A stretch of 64,000 nt of DNA. It comes from Kondoa subrosea. Taxonomy: Eukaryota. Position numbers and translations under genes: made by a program. Of this stretch, positions 50,231 through 64,000 are shown one piece after another. The DNA lies in NCBI GenBank assembly GCA_039545335.1, contig BCIN01000008.1, positions 1 to 64,000 of the forward strand. The letters are read 5' to 3'. How positions within the stretch are numbered: the first letter of the stretch is position 1; each line of letters begins with the position of its first letter. A model generated the notes under the pieces. It saw only the letters and a program-made list of their open reading frames with translations, was not told where the DNA came from and did not search any database.

Positions 50231-51631
50231 CTACAGCAAAGAATCCTGGATCGAAGCAATTTCAGTATTTGAACAAGAAGAAAGGGGCCAAGGACTGACC
50301 ATTCTCGAATATACATTCAGCACAGCTGCAACGATCTCCAACTGGAGTTCGCTCGCATTCGCTGCTTCCACCCTAGCTAATCTAGAAATCTCTGCCAAAT
50401 TGCTTCTTTCCTGCGATTCTTGACCGGCACTTCCCGAACCCAAACCACTTCCTCCTTGTGCAGTAGGCGGTTTCCCAAATGGCCATTGAGAGAATTCAGC
50501 CATGAGTTCGTCGCATTTAGCAAAAGCCGATTCCCTCGCATCGTAACCCAAATGAACCAAGGCGTTTTCCAACACGTTTGCTGCGAAGGCTGCGCAAACC
50601 ATACAAACTGCCCGAATAGTTCTATATCGGACTGTATCGGAGTAGAATTCAGATGTTGGTACGGCAGCAGTTCGAGCAGTTAGTAAAGCGGAAGTTCTTC
50701 GAAGAACATCATCTTTGAAAGTTGGATCCGAAACGGGATGAGTTGCCATGTCGAAGAGCAAGAAATTGCGTTTCTCCGTTCGAAGCACTCCCTTGTCTAC
50801 TAATCCTTTTGCTAAACGTTCTCGAACTTGTTTGAGTTGATAACCGATTTTCATGACATTCCATGTTTCTCCTGTGATTGTTCTTCATGAGTAAAAACGT
50901 GGGAAATAGAGCAGAGAGAAGAAGCCGCACCACTCATGAGATCGATCCATGTACCTACACTCATCTTTTCGCTTACTTTCATCATCTTCAACGCTTCATC
51001 CAACAACACTTCTCCTGTTAGTCTTTCATCCACTACTTCGATGTACCTGGAATAAGAGGAGTCTGTATGAGCTACATAAGTAGTAGAGCCTGATTTTGTG
51101 CTCACCTATCTGGAAGAGGAAACCGCCGCCTATTTGGATCTTTGACCATCGCTATCCGATGCCTCAGTGCCAATTCAATAATGATTGCTCCTCTCAGAGT
51201 ATAGGAAATGTTATCGTTCCAGAAAGAGAGATAACCCTGTTCGATCATACCTAACAATAAGTAATCTTTTTCATATGTTCGAGCCCAAAAGCGCTGCGGA
51301 CCTGTTTGTCCTTTAAACCCAAAAGTAATACTTCTTCCATCAATGTTAATTTGGGATTCAGTCGTTCCTCATCTTGATCATCCATATCTCTAGGATCATA
51401 ACCAACTTTATGGGAAGACCTAGAAATGGATCCACTTCCATTGTTTGAATTGTTTGCGTTAGAAGTGGAAGTTGAAAGATTGCTGTTGTTGTTGCTGTTA
51501 CTGCTGTTAGTAGATTTCTTGAGATCGTTTGAAGGTCCTGCATTGCTGTTTGTTGAAGTCGAAGTAATTTCTGAAGACTGATCTCCACCGCCTACTCGAC
51601 GTCTAGATAGACCTCCTCCGCTTGATGACAT
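50231..51631 (-). CDS. VPS74: Golgi phosphoprotein 3 / Vps74
   Basis: GLSRRR N-terminus, [28 protein letters not shown] and RERLAKGLVDKGVLRTEKRNFLLFDMATHP. Confidence 0.96.
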
Positions 51632-52228
51632 GCTTTGAAGCGATGTAATGGTTGTAGAAAGGACAGAGAGAGTGCAGGAACCAGAGAAAGATAGGGCGCG
51701 ACGGGTAAGATAGAAAACGGAAAGTCAAAGATGCCAAGGGTCTGGTTTTCGCAGTAAGTAGTCGTCTTGCTGCGGACCTTTGAGAGCTGATTTCCAGCGA
51801 GCGAAAGGCGACAAAGAGACTGGGGCCGTACTTCTCGATATGCTTGAGATTGAGACCCGCGAGTCGCGACAGAGGGAGTTCTTTTGAGCGATGTGTCGTC
51901 TACCTAGTCTCAGTGCTATCACTTTAGGGCGTAGCAGCGCGCGAGAGGCTCTGCAGATGGACAAGTCACTGTCGGAACCAACTAACGGTAAAATCCGAGA
52001 CAAGTGTATCTTCTCACACAACAACCAGCAAGCTCGGTGTAGCAAGGCTTAGGGCTGTCTGGCGCCCTGTTCATATTCAGCTCCACCAGCCGATCGCCTA
52101 AGCATTGCTCGACTGGACAAATCGGAGAGTCGATGCCTCACGCCCAACTCGTTTGATTCGCATAAATTACATCTAACCCTTGCGAGCATAATACTGGGAA
52201 AAAGGCAACGTCCTCAAAGGCCTTCTCT

Positions 52229-55200
52229 ATGCAAGCTCAAGACATGCCTCCTCTACCGCCTTTGCAAACTCCTCCAGCTGTTTCAAGAGAGACCGATCCT
52301 ATGCTGGCCATGCATCCTCCTGCTGTGCCGCGTCTCGCTCTGGAATGCCTGCCTTTGCCTATACTGATTGTCGAACCTTCTTTGCGCCTCAACTTCATCA
52401 ATTCTGCAGCAAGACGATTTTTTGGCATTTCAGACTATATGCGCAAGCCAGAGTCAGACTTCCTAGGGATTGATGAACTCTTTGCTGGCGACCTTCGTTT
52501 AGGACCACCTACGAGTGATCAACTGGAAGCAATGACCATGAGAGGAGAATCTATGGAATTCGGGGAATGGGGCGAAGAATTGAGATCCTTCTCATGCAAG
52601 CGAAAGAACCCTGGTCAACCTTACTCCGACACTTTGGTTCACGTCAGAGCTTCCGTGGCACCTTTTCAGCCCAGTTCAGACTACTTTGCTGCAGGAGCTC
52701 ATCACGCTACCTCGACATCACGAGCGAAAAAAGCTGCCTACTCTCCTTCTCCTCACAGTCCTAGTCTCGCAGCTTCCGGACCTTGGCATACTGTCACTCT
52801 TCTGGGCACAGTCGTTTCGCCTGCCTATTCAAACAATGAAACCTTAGGTGCATTGACACCTCACGACAGTCCTCGTGGATCAATACGTCGACCTTCAAAA
52901 TCAAAGTCTCAGACTTCTCAATCTTCCTCTGCTTCTGGTCGCCGAAGTGTTGGGTCTGCCCCTATCAACGAATCTGCCTTTGCTCAATTCAGCGCGGTGG
53001 CCGACGCCCGCCAACCTCCTGTGCTTTCAAATCTCCAACTGGGTAAGACGAAGAGTCCTGGTTCTGCAAGTATAGTGGCTCTGCCGCCTACTTCGCCTAG
53101 AATGCAAACCTCGTCGGATGGAACGACGGATTCATCTATACCAGCACCCTCATCTAATACTGCAAAAGATGGTTTCTTCCCTAAACTCTTGACGACTACT
53201 TCAGCTCAATCTATAGCTTCTAGCTCTACGGGCAACTCCTCAGGTCGTTCAGCAAGCGCCGGTACGCCGTCAAGTCTACTTTCCACAAACACCTCCTTCT
53301 CGCAGCCGTCCCAGTCTCAGCCAGTTTCTCCTGCTCCACCTGTTGCAAAGGCGACTTCCGAGAGTGACATCCTGCCCATGAAGTCAACGCATCTGTCCCC
53401 GACACCAGAAAGTCCAGAAATCGAAATGGGTGCTCCGTCTTCACCAGCTACCTCAAGCAGCAAGTCTTACGTCTATCCATCGGTTTCCGATAGATCTGTC
53501 AGATCTCTACCGCCAAATCTAGAAGATATTGAGAAAGCCGCTCCACCACCTCGAAAGAATTCACCAGCGGCTCAAATAGCTGCGCAACAAAGACTGCAAG
53601 AATATGTCCAATCTACCGCTGCTGCTACTGCTCAAGTTCAGACTTCACCCAATGCTGGTCATTCCAGAAGATTATCGGAACCTCATTCGCCTTCAATAGC
53701 TCTGCGGCAAGCACCTGCCTGGACGAGTGCAGCTATGTCTATGACAGTAAGTCGTTTTGCTATACGGCTTTGACTTTAGTATTGATGCATGCGGAAAGGG
53801 AACGACTAAAAGACCACCTCTCAGGCCGGCAGGTCGACCTCGATCTTCTTACAATAGCTATAGCGGTTCTTATAACTCGAAATGGTCTTCCGCTTCACCT
53901 CAATCTTCTTCTGCTTCCACTATTCATCCTGCAGCCTCGACACCTTCCCCTACAGCAGATCTAGCAGCAGCTTTCGATATGCCAGCAGCATCTAATCCTC
54001 TTACTCTACTCACTCATGCCGCTTTGGCTCACTTACCTAAAACTGGTCTACTTCTCGCTTCACATGATCTTTCTGGAGGCTTTGTTAATGATACAGCAAG
54101 AGAACTTCTGCTCGGTGTCCGATCACCAGCTCAACTACCTAAGAATCCTGATGACAGCGAAACAGAAGATTCCGATACGAAATCTCAACAAGCTCGAAAA
54201 GATTCACCTAGCAACGGCGATTGGATGGAAGAAGGCATGTGGATTGCTGCACCTGAACCAGGAGGGAAGTGGACTTGGGACGGAGCTGAATTTTTCAGAG
54301 GCATCGATAACGAATCGCGTTATCGACATTCTTCTACTCCTAATTACAGTCCTTCGAACAAGAGTACTTCACCACCAGAATTGGGAGATCGACCAAACGC
54401 TTATTCTGAACCTCCTGGAAGTGTTTTGGAAGATTTACCAGCTGGTTATGCTTTCAGTGAACCGTTACGTAAAAGTGGTGGTGGTAATAATGGAAGTGAT
54501 CCAAAAGGCCCTAGTTTGGCTAGTACGGCTTCAACTACAAGTTTAGGCAAGGATGTTGCTGGTTTACCGAATCAGGTGTACAAAATGACTGTAGCTACGA
54601 TCTTGAGAAGAAGTCAAAGTTTGGCAAAAGCAAGAAGGAAAGCAGCCAAAGCTGCCAAGCTCGCTGAAACCCAGAAACCATCGCCTAATCCAAATCGACC
54701 GGGTCTATCAAGATCGGATACGAATACTTCAAGATTATCTACTTTGCGTGAGGAAGAAATTTCTTCTGGTCCACCTACACCTTCTACTCCTGGCTCAGCC
54801 AGTAAGTCTGTAAAAGATACTTGATTGTGAACACTGCTGATCCAGCCGTTCTTTGTAGAGAGTAAGAGTTCGAAACCGCTCAAGAAACCTTATCGAATAT
54901 ATGATGCCTCCTTTTCGCAAAGAATTATTGACCCTCTGGAACCACTGCTTGAAATGGTCGCTCGCCGTGGTGAAGATCCAGATGCCTCCTTAGGTGGTGG
55001 AGCCAGTGCTGGTGCTTTAGTTGTTGGCATTGAGGTGGAAATTTCGGAATCTGCTGGAATATCGCTCGATGCCTACGAAACCTCGACGGCAATGCCAAAA
55101 CAGTCGACTTCAAGTGTTCATAGTGCAGTTGTGGAACGCAAGCGAGTTCGAAGGCGATTAGTGGAAGTCCGAGGCGCACCAATTCGCAAACCTGACGGCA

Positions 55201-57923
55201 CTCATCTGGGTGGCATGCTCATTCTTACTGATATCACTGACCAGCGAAGATCAAGCTCAGCTGAAGGTCAAAGTACCAAGATTCGTGAACTTACTGGTAA
55301 AAAGCTACTCGACAGCGGTGAAGGTTATTTCAAGCAAATTCTCGATCATATGCCTCAGGTTTGTTCTTTGCTCTAAGGGATCAATCTCACTAATGGCTTT
55401 GCAGATGGTCTGGACGACTACGCCGATGGGATCTCATGACTACTTCAACAATCAATGGTATGAATATACTGGTCTCGAACCGGAACAAAGTCTTGGGATT
55501 GGGTGGCAGAATCCTTTCCACGATGATGATATGCCTCATACCATCAAAGCCTGGAGCCATTCTTTAGCTACTGGAGATCCATATTCTGTTGAGTATCGAG
55601 CAAGGCGGCATGATGGAGCCTGGCGTTGGATGCTTGGCCGAGCTTTACCGATGAGAGACGCCGAAGGGACAATCACTGGCTGGTTTGGTGGGTTTCTTTC
55701 GTCTTTACCAAGAGTTCAGCTTAATGAGTTCAATGTCTAGGGTCTTGCACCGATGTCGAAGACTTCATTCATGCCCGCTATCAGCTGGCCAAAACCCAAG
55801 AGCAGTTCATGAGTGTATTATACAACACCGAAATGATGTGAGTTTCTTCTTCTTTCTGTGCATTTGTTGTGAAAATCAATGGTTTTGCAGCATTATAACT
55901 CTCGATCGAAAGCTAGAAATCACATTCTTCGAAGGCATGAAAGAGGAAATCGTCCCAATGACAGAGATTCCCGTTGTCAAAACAATTGGAATGAATTACT
56001 GGGACGTTTTTCCCTGGGGTCACACGCTTGGCATGCACGAGAAGCTCGACGCTATCCTATCAGGCGCAGAGGTAGGAAGGTTCTTTTGTTCGAAAGATGT
56101 GTTGGCTGAAAACCCTCATAGTCAAACATCACTTTTGAAACGCCATACACTATTGAAAAGGATGGCAAAGCTCCTATTTACCGTGTTACAGTGAGGCCGA
56201 TGTTGGACTTGGCTGATCTCCGCTGACTTTCGCGGTGTAGTTGTCTCCGATGCGAACCCAAAACCTGGATGGTGAATCCCAAATAGAAGGTGTGATCATT
56301 GTTGGAAGCGATGTATCTGCAATCCGCGACGCAGAAACCGAATTAGCACGTGTATCGGACGAGAGAAGCAAGTTGGTCGTATCAGAAGCGGCCGCGAAAG
56401 AAGCTTCACGGATGAAGAGCGAGTTTGTCTCTACCATCAATCACGAGCGTGAGTTGCGTCAATCAAGCTTTGAAGTGGTCTTATTCGTGTTTACCAGTGC
56501 GGACGCCTGTGTCGGGCATGATTGGTATTGCCGAGCTCTTATTGGATGACCCATCGCTATCAGCTTTGCATCGGGATTCTATCGAAAAGATCATGCGATC
56601 GGGCGAGATCTTATTGGATATGATAGGCATGGTCCTGGTATGCGAGATCTGCTACAGCAGCGAACGGTCTAACGTTCTTGTCACAATAGGACATGGGCAA
56701 AGTAGAGGCTGGTAAACTGGTAGATAATATCGTACAGTTTCAGAGAGCCGCTGCTAACTACAATATAGGAATTGGACATGAGGCCTTTCCACCTGTCACA
56801 GATTCTGGACGATGCACGATTGGTGGCTTCAGCTAGCTCTCGCAAAGGCCTACAATTTGTGGACAAAGCTCAGCAAGTCTACGCCGGCCCTGTCATAGGT
56901 GACATGCCTAAATTGCGCCAAATTCTCTCAAACTTGCTATCCAACGCTATCAAATTCACAAGTCAAGGCGCAGTCACTCTGGGTGTTGTCCAAGAAGCTG
57001 AGACTGATGATATGGTTCGAATTGCCTTCACTGTGGAAGATACTGGAGTCGGCATCAAGCAGGAAAATCTGTCTCATCTGTTCAACGCTTTCCAACAAGA
57101 GGATGCCTCGACTTCTCGCAAATTTGGCGGCACTGGTCTAGGCTTATATATATCGAGACAAGTTGGTGTCAGAGCTTTTTCGAGCGGCTGGTTGCTAATT
57201 CTTGTAAACAGCTCGCTGAACTTATGGGTGGCTCAATAACCTTGAATTCTGCTCACGGTCAAGGCACGAAAGCGATCTGTGTTGTGCCATTCAAGAAGTC
57301 CCACGAGCCTCTAATGGTGCCCGCCCAGGAGGTAGAAAGAACCAGATACGTAGATCGATCAAGAATATGGATTCTGGTAGCAGAAGATAATGAGATCAAT
57401 CGAGAGATTGTTGTGCGGCACTTGCAGAAGATGAAGTTCAACGTCAAAGCGGTGATCAACGGTCTCGAAGTGCTGAGGGTCTTGAAAGAGCAGAAGTTTG
57501 ATCTGATTCTGTAAGTCAGCGAGAGCAAACAACTAGGAACACTGCGCTAATGTCCTCAAATTCAGTATGGATGGCCAAATGCGTAAGTCGCGCCTATGGT
57601 CCTCGGTTCTGACATGTGCTAACCGGTAAATAGCTGAAATGGACGGCTATCAAGCGACAGCGGCTATACGTAGCCAACCTGAGTTCGGCCATCAACAGGT
57701 CAAAATCGTCGCACTTACGGCGGCTGCTGTCGAGGGTGACAAGCAAAAATGTATCGATGCTGGCATGGAGTGAGTTCAGCTTACCCTATGCCAGAGCATC
57801 CATTAATTTCACACAAACAGTGACTATCTTGCGAAACCTGTTCGAGCGAAGAGCTTAGAAGCCATGATTCTCCGACAACTTGTTCCTTCGCCCGAGTCAA
57901 GTCCACCCTTTCCGCCGCATTGA
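52229..57923 (+). CDS. Hybrid sensor histidine kinase (PAS domains, HisKA, HATPase, receiver)
   Basis: PAS motif YFNNQWYEYTG...HDGAWRWML; H-box INHELRTP; N/G boxes NLLSNAIKFT, VEDTGVGI and GGTGLGL; receiver VAEDNEIN...DLILMDGQMPEMDG...DYLAKP. Confidence 0.95.
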
Positions 57924-58255
57924 TACATCTCTTTAATACTTTCGTCATGTATTTGTTTCGCTGATTGTAAAAAGCTGTGTATGAGTATATCGAGCTGATT
58001 GTCAAAAAGGGTCGCATCAAGGTCAAGCCATGTTTGTCAAATAGATATCAATAGATTTTCTCACATAAGCATTCAATGTCGAAATAGCAAACATTGTTCT
58101 TGTGTCCATCACAGCCATCAATCTCGAGACTGAATTTGCACCTTGCCGTACTGAGTGGATCGCGAAGCGGACGCGAGATCTCAATCAAGACAACTTGATA
58201 GTGAACATGACATGATTTTTGCAAAATGACCGAACTACTACCGTAACCTATTCCT

Positions 58256-60019
58256 CTACACCCGCAAACTGGACTGTGATTGGTCAAAAGGTGTTAGTAT
58301 ACGCGATTAGCGGTTTGGAGGAGACAAGACATACCATATCGGCTCTAAGTCTCGAGTAAGCCAAAAGACCTTCGATCTTGCCTAATCCTGCAACAGCGAT
58401 ATCCCTGTCCCTGTTCGTGAGGAAGGTGGCATTAGTACACATTTTACTTCATCATCATCAGTCTTTTACGAACCAAAGGTATTCCTTTGCAACTCGTTGA
58501 ATATCTTGAGGGGTGACAGCGTCGACGGCCGCTTCAATTTCATGTGGAGCTTGTCTTTTACCAGTAGTAACCAATTGTCTTCCAATATCTTCAGCCACAG
58601 CCGTTGTTCCATCCAAACCAAGTAAAAGGGATGCTTTGAGTTGAGATTTAGCTCTTTCAACTTCACCTTGAGTAGGAGCGATAGTCATTCTTTGCCATTC
58701 TTTCAATGTAAAGTGAGTCAAGTCATCCAAATTCATAATGTTTTCCGAAACCATGTAGATTCCCCATAATCCAGTGTCGGAGTAAGAAGTTGAGAAAGAC
58801 ATGTAAGAATTTGCCAAGTTGTTGGAAGAGATGATGTGAGAAAGTCGAGAGGACATGAGAGCTGAAGCGCCTAGCGATCGATCCCAGTTACCGAAAATGG
58901 ATTGCATGACCAACATTGGGTAATAATCTGGTGAAGTCCAACCAACACCTTCAACAGCGATAGCAATGTGAGCAGTGCCCATAGTATCGTCTCTGATTCT
59001 AACGTCGGATCCAGTGAAAGATGTAGCTTTCTTTCCAACGACTTTGCCGAGAGGAATTGGGTTGGAAGAAGTAGGTAGAGAGCCAAAGTGTTTTTGAGCT
59101 AGATCGACGAGTTCTTGGTGATCTACACCTCCAGCTCCGACGAGAACCATGCGGTCTGCGGTGTAGTTGTTAGAGATGTAAGATTGAAGGTCGTCTCGCT
59201 GTATAGAAAGAATGTTTTGCTTTGGGCCGAGAATAGTACGTCCAAGTGCTTGTCCTGCAATTCAAGACAATCAGAGCGGACCAAATTACGACTTCTGGCA
59301 GACTAACCCTGGAAAGCGGTTGCGTGCAAGTGGTCAAAAACGACTTCTTCCAGCTGTTTGTCAACCTCTTCCTGTTCCCTCAGAATCACATCACGTTCCC
59401 TTTCGATCGCTTGAGACTCAAGTTTGCTGTTTTGCAGGATGTCTGAAATGATTTCAACAGCTTTCGGTACGTCTTGCTTGAAAGATTTGGCGTAATAGAC
59501 AGTTTGTTCTCTTGAAGTGTAAGCATTCAAATGAGCGCCCATGTTTTCTACTTCTAATTCCAGAGCATGTTGAGATCGTTTGCCTGTGCCTTTGAAAGCC
59601 AAATGTTCAAGGAAGTGAGCAACTCCCGAAGTCTAATCAAAGCCAAAAGCTTTGAGTGTGCTTTCTGGCGGTCCATCGAGCTTTCAGACTCACAGCATCT
59701 GTTTCATTTCTTGATCCAGAGTCGATGAAAATGCCCGTTGTAGCTGTTTGCGCTGTATTGCTGGATTCTGTTGAGATATGACCTTGCCGCATCAAATCAT
59801 GCCCTTAGCCACAATCTTTATCGGTGCTCACCAGTTGCTACAGTGAGACCATTGTTCAAGGTTGTAATTTGAGTGAAGGGAGCTTGTACGGCAGTCGCAA
59901 AAGTGCGATGCTGTGAGTAGAGCAAATAATCAGTCCTGCACACATTTCGCTCTCACTAAAGCCTGGAAATTTACCAGAGGTCTACTCGTCTGCCTCAAAG
60001 TCCTTGCTAGGTATGCCAT
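58256..60019 (-). CDS. MAS1: Mitochondrial processing peptidase beta subunit / complex III core 1
   Basis: Arg-rich presequence; [14 protein letters not shown] zinc motif, [10 protein letters not shown] and [12 protein letters not shown]. Confidence 0.96.
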
Positions 60020-60316
60020 CGAGGTATCAAACCAGAGAAAGTCACTGTTTGGTTACAAAATCAGCGACCCTTGATTCGTTGAAAATCGGATTCCACCGTT
60101 TCTCTGCTGCTGCGACTCACATCTGCTCTAGATTATCGATCTCGCACATCGAAGCTGTACTAAGCAAGATCAAACTCACATCTTGCATATTTTCGGCTTG
60201 TAACGTTTCAGTATCGCATGTGATTTGCCCTGTACGCCAGGCTAGACCTCTCTTGCTCTTAACAATCATCTTCAAAGCCTTTATTTCCTCTCTCCTTTCT
60301 CTTCACGTAAAGCATC

Positions 60317-61765
60317 ATGTCCCATTCGGCTGCTGGTGAGCACAACCCCGCTTTCTCGACTTGAACATTCATTGAACAACCTCGTTTAGAACGACTAGCA
60401 GCTCTAAGAGCACATCTACAATCAGCTCCTAGGACTCAGCGTCTCAAAGGTCAAGGTGCGATTTGATCAATTGCGCATCCTCCAAGGAAAGCGCTCATCA
60501 AACGCATTGCTAATCAGTCGCAATCGTTACTGGAGCTGGCTCGATTCAGGGTATAGGAGCAGCAACAGCAAAACTATTCGCCCATGAAGGAGTTCAAGCG
60601 CTTTATTGCTTGGATTTCGTTGCGGATGGGTTGAAAGTTTTGGAAGAGCATTTGAAGAAACAATACCCTGAAGTCAAAGTCTGTCCCTGTGCTTCTTCAG
60701 CTGGAAATTCAGCTCAAGGAGAAAGTGGCTTCCGACAGGTCACAACTGTTCAAGCCGATGCAGCTAATGAAGCTGCTATCGAATCTATCTGCAAACGAGC
60801 CGTCAAGGAAGAAGGGCGATTAGAGTGAGCGCAGCGTTATTAGATCGCAACATTATCAATTAACAAGAGTCAACAAAGTATCTTCTTCGCCAATGCTGGA
60901 AAGCTTCATATTCCGCCAAGTCCCCTAGACGTGTCGCCCGAAGCTTGGAACGATGTCATGCGTGTCAATAGTCTTTCGTTCGTCTCTTCGTGGTATCCTG
61001 CATTGACTGAATTGACTTAATGATTCGAAATCGATTTAGGTGCTTTTTGGCTATCAAACATGCTTCAAAAGCCATGAAAGTCACCTCCTCGAGCAAAAAA
61101 GAATCAAATGGAAGCATTGTATTGACTGCATCAGGTAGCACTGATTATTTCATTTCCCAAATTCCTTGTTAAAAGACATTCGAACAGTTGCTGGAATTCG
61201 ATACGGCGCTGGAGGTATAGAATACTCCGCATCGAAGGCAGCGTAGGTTCAATATCAATATTCGCAGTCCGATCATGTAATAATTGATTTCGTGCAGTGT
61301 CATTTCACTCGCTTCACATGGCGCCAACGATTTGAGTGGCACCAACATTCGAGTTAATGCTGTTTGCCCGTAAGTCTTGTCATCTCCATCATCAAACAAA
61401 CACTGAGGTGTCACGTAGTGGTCTGATCGAGACGTAAGCTTTTCCGGCACCTTTCACATTCATCTCATTTCTTATGCTTGAGTTAAACAGAGGAATGACT
61501 ACTCTTGTTTTCGATTACGCTCGAGGCAAAGGCAACGAAGGGCGTATTGGTCAACTCAACCCTACAAAACGTTATGGTGTACCGGAAGAGATTGCTCGGG
61601 CAGGTTAGTGCGATTCTTGTCTTCTACTGCTTTTATGCTAAGAGCAAGGATCGTATGACAGTGCTTTTCCTCGCTTCGGAAGATTCTTCATACGTCAATG
61701 GTATCGCTTTACCTGTCGATGGCGGATTATCTAGTTCTCATCCAGTAGCGGGAAAGTGGTCTTAA
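60317..61765 (+). CDS. Short-chain dehydrogenase/reductase
   Basis: [19 protein letters not shown], catalytic [21 protein letters not shown] and LPVDGG. Confidence 0.93.
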
Positions 61766-61841
61766 ATTGCATATAGCACATCTTCGTAGTCATTTATGCA
61801 AATGTACAATAAATGTTCAAAATTGTTTGGTCGATATTGAT

Positions 61842-63048
61842 TTAGCTTCCCCTTTGTGCATCTGCGACCGAAGAATCTCTACTACTGCTAATCGGTGTGA
61901 AGTCTTTAGTCCTAGCAGCTCTCGGTGTGGCGTCGTCTCGTGCCATATCGAGAGCAGCGACAGAATTGACCAATTCATCCTCGCTTGAATCCCATTCCAC
62001 ATCAGCAGCATCACCTTCCAAACTCGTCACTCTGCTTAGGACCAATTCTTCGGGAATTGATGAAGAAACATCTTCTTCTTCCCATGAGGACAAACGTTCC
62101 ACTTCATCTATATCGGATAGAGTGCCCTCAGACAGGAAAGAGCCAGACATGGAAGATTGATCCCAATCTGTTGTTGGTGGTGTAGGTAGATGAGATAGAC
62201 CACCTTTGAGTGCTTGTGGGTTGGGCTGAGAAAGGTTAGGTCTAAGGATATGAGTGATTCGACGGCCTTGGTCATCTGTTTTGCCTGGCACCAAATGAGC
62301 ATCATGCAATTACTTTTCAGATTAAGGATAACTTACTGAAGGAGACGACATCCCAGAGCCTAGAGATAAGATGACAAAGATATCGTTCGAAAGGATCCAC
62401 TATCAGCCAGCATAGCTGTTTAGGTGATCTTGAGACTTCAACAATAGCAGGTTCCAGATCTTCCGCGTCATCTTGTTCTCTCTTGATCGTCCGCTTGTTT
62501 GCAGGTATAGAATGCACCAAAGTAGGATCTACAATCCTCCTTTCTTCGCTTTCTTGTTCAGGTGCTAGCCAAACCAAATTTTTTCTAACATCTAACCAAT
62601 CTAGCAGTTCCCGCTCCACAATTTCCAGCAGCTCGTTCGCTCGCGTTCCACTCTTTGCTATCCTAGCCATCGTTCGCCTACAGCCTTTGATACTCATCCT
62701 GAATCTCCCACAAGCAGCTGAATAAGGTTCCATACTTGGCGGTTCAATCGAAGGGATAGAAGCTACTCTTCCAAAAGAAGGTGGTGGAGGAATAGGAAAA
62801 GTATGAGTTTGTTTCCTAATAGGCATAGGTAGATTGGTAGGATCCGATTTGGAACGAGTTGTGCGATCTAAAGGATCGGACAAAGCCATGGATGCGTTCT
62901 CGTGACGCCGAAGACGACGTTTGCCTATACTTCTTGGTCCTTTGTAAGGCTGACGAGAAGATAACGCAGCAACTCTTGGATTGATTGGGACATTCAAGGT
63001 TGCAGGTTGCGACGTTGCAATCGAAGGCTGTAGTGAGATGGTTGACAT
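61842..63048 (-). CDS. R3H-associated N-terminal domain-type protein
   Basis: GKRRLRRHENAS and PFERYLCHLISRLWDVVSFS segments; acidic C-terminus; one intron. Confidence 0.65.
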
Positions 63049-63149
63049 ACTGTAATGTGTGATCTGTAGGAGTCAGGCGCTGAAAGAGAGAGTTGATAAT
63101 AGCCAAAGTTTGAAATGATCGCTGTTCCCAAACAACGGCCAACAATCAG

Positions 63150-64000
63150 ATGACTGGAAATGCCCCTGAACCGCTGTCGGACCCGAAGAACTTTGATTCC
63201 GATGCAGAGTACAATGATTGGATACGGTCTTTAGGCCATGTCGAGTTTGATGACGCTTGGAGTTGGTGACCTATTTCAGGGTTTCACTCTGTTCTGTAGT
63301 AATGCTCTCAGTAGTCCCTCTTCCTTCTCCTTCGAATGAGAACGCGCGTCTCCGTATCACCGCATTACATCTGTGGGCTTCTTCTTCGCTCTGTCTTGGG
63401 TCATGACGATTTGAGCTTTCTCTCATGTTTCTGCTCAGAGGTAGTTTGGATATGGAAAAACATTACATAGCCGACGAAGAGAAGCCATCTCATGAACTGC
63501 TTCATTTGTCCGTCCAACCTCTTCTCGTTCGATTGCTATCTCATTCCCTCGATTCAGACCGGACTATGGCTTTTTGATCGAGCGAGAAGTAGAAGGAAAG
63601 GTCATCAATCGAGTGCTATTTGATCTGGGTCTGCGTCAAGTAAGCTTCCTCTTCTTTTCTATGAGAGAAAAGAGTCTTCTAATGCTTTCACAGATCGGAA
63701 CACCTATGAAAGAAGTTTACAAGAAATCTCAAGAGAAATTCAAAGCTAAGACAGCCAAGAACGCTACAGAATTAGTCAAGGATGAGCTGAAAATCCCTTT
63801 GGAAAACTTAGATGCTGTCATTCTTAGGTCAGCTCTTATCCTTTTATCATTACTCTTCCATAACTTTGGTTCTTCCATAACTTTGGTTGTCCAGTCACAC
63901 ACATTTTGAGTAAGCCTCGTACTCGCTCCCGTACTATTCACAGCTTACGTGCTTTTGTAGTCATATTGGCGATCTCACCTTATTCCCTGCTTCGGTCGAT
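63150..64000 (+). CDS. Metallo-beta-lactamase superfamily hydrolase (lactonase-like), 5' part
   Basis: FLIE...VLFDLGLR and spliced LSHTHFDHIGD (HxHxDH), using a 15-nt microexon at 63895-63909. Confidence 0.85.

Noticed and set aside
51920..52182. TTAGGG and CTAACCCT words as a telomerase RNA template or interstitial telomere
   Set aside because: Isolated short words with no tandem array or supporting structure.

Overview
Gene-dense, intron-rich fungal nuclear DNA. Short (about 45-70 nt) GT-AG introns, frequent microexons and the histone H3/H4 sequences suggest a basidiomycete, possibly Pucciniomycotina (inference). About 30 protein-coding genes were reconstructed by splicing by eye: Yip1-family, PP2A methylesterase, FEN1/XPG-like nuclease, Met-tRNA formyltransferase, RIO1, a large PH-domain protein, INCENP, a MYND finger protein, DNA polymerase alpha, a TPR-F-box-LRR (Pof3/Dia2-like) protein, CKS1, a divergent H3/H4 pair, GH26, IQ-BAG, flavin reductase, RPB4, YJU2, Vps74, a hybrid histidine kinase, MPP-beta, SDR, an R3H-associated protein and a metallo-beta-lactamase. 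No supportable tRNA, rRNA, transposon or CRISPR was found. The main discovery is two paralogous F-box proteins (16263-17927 +, 37739-39620 -). Their 3' exons, missed by the ORF track, encode tandem PCNA-interacting (PIP-box-like) motifs, and they lie in a neighbourhood rich in replication, SCF and cell-cycle genes. All exon boundaries are manual predictions.
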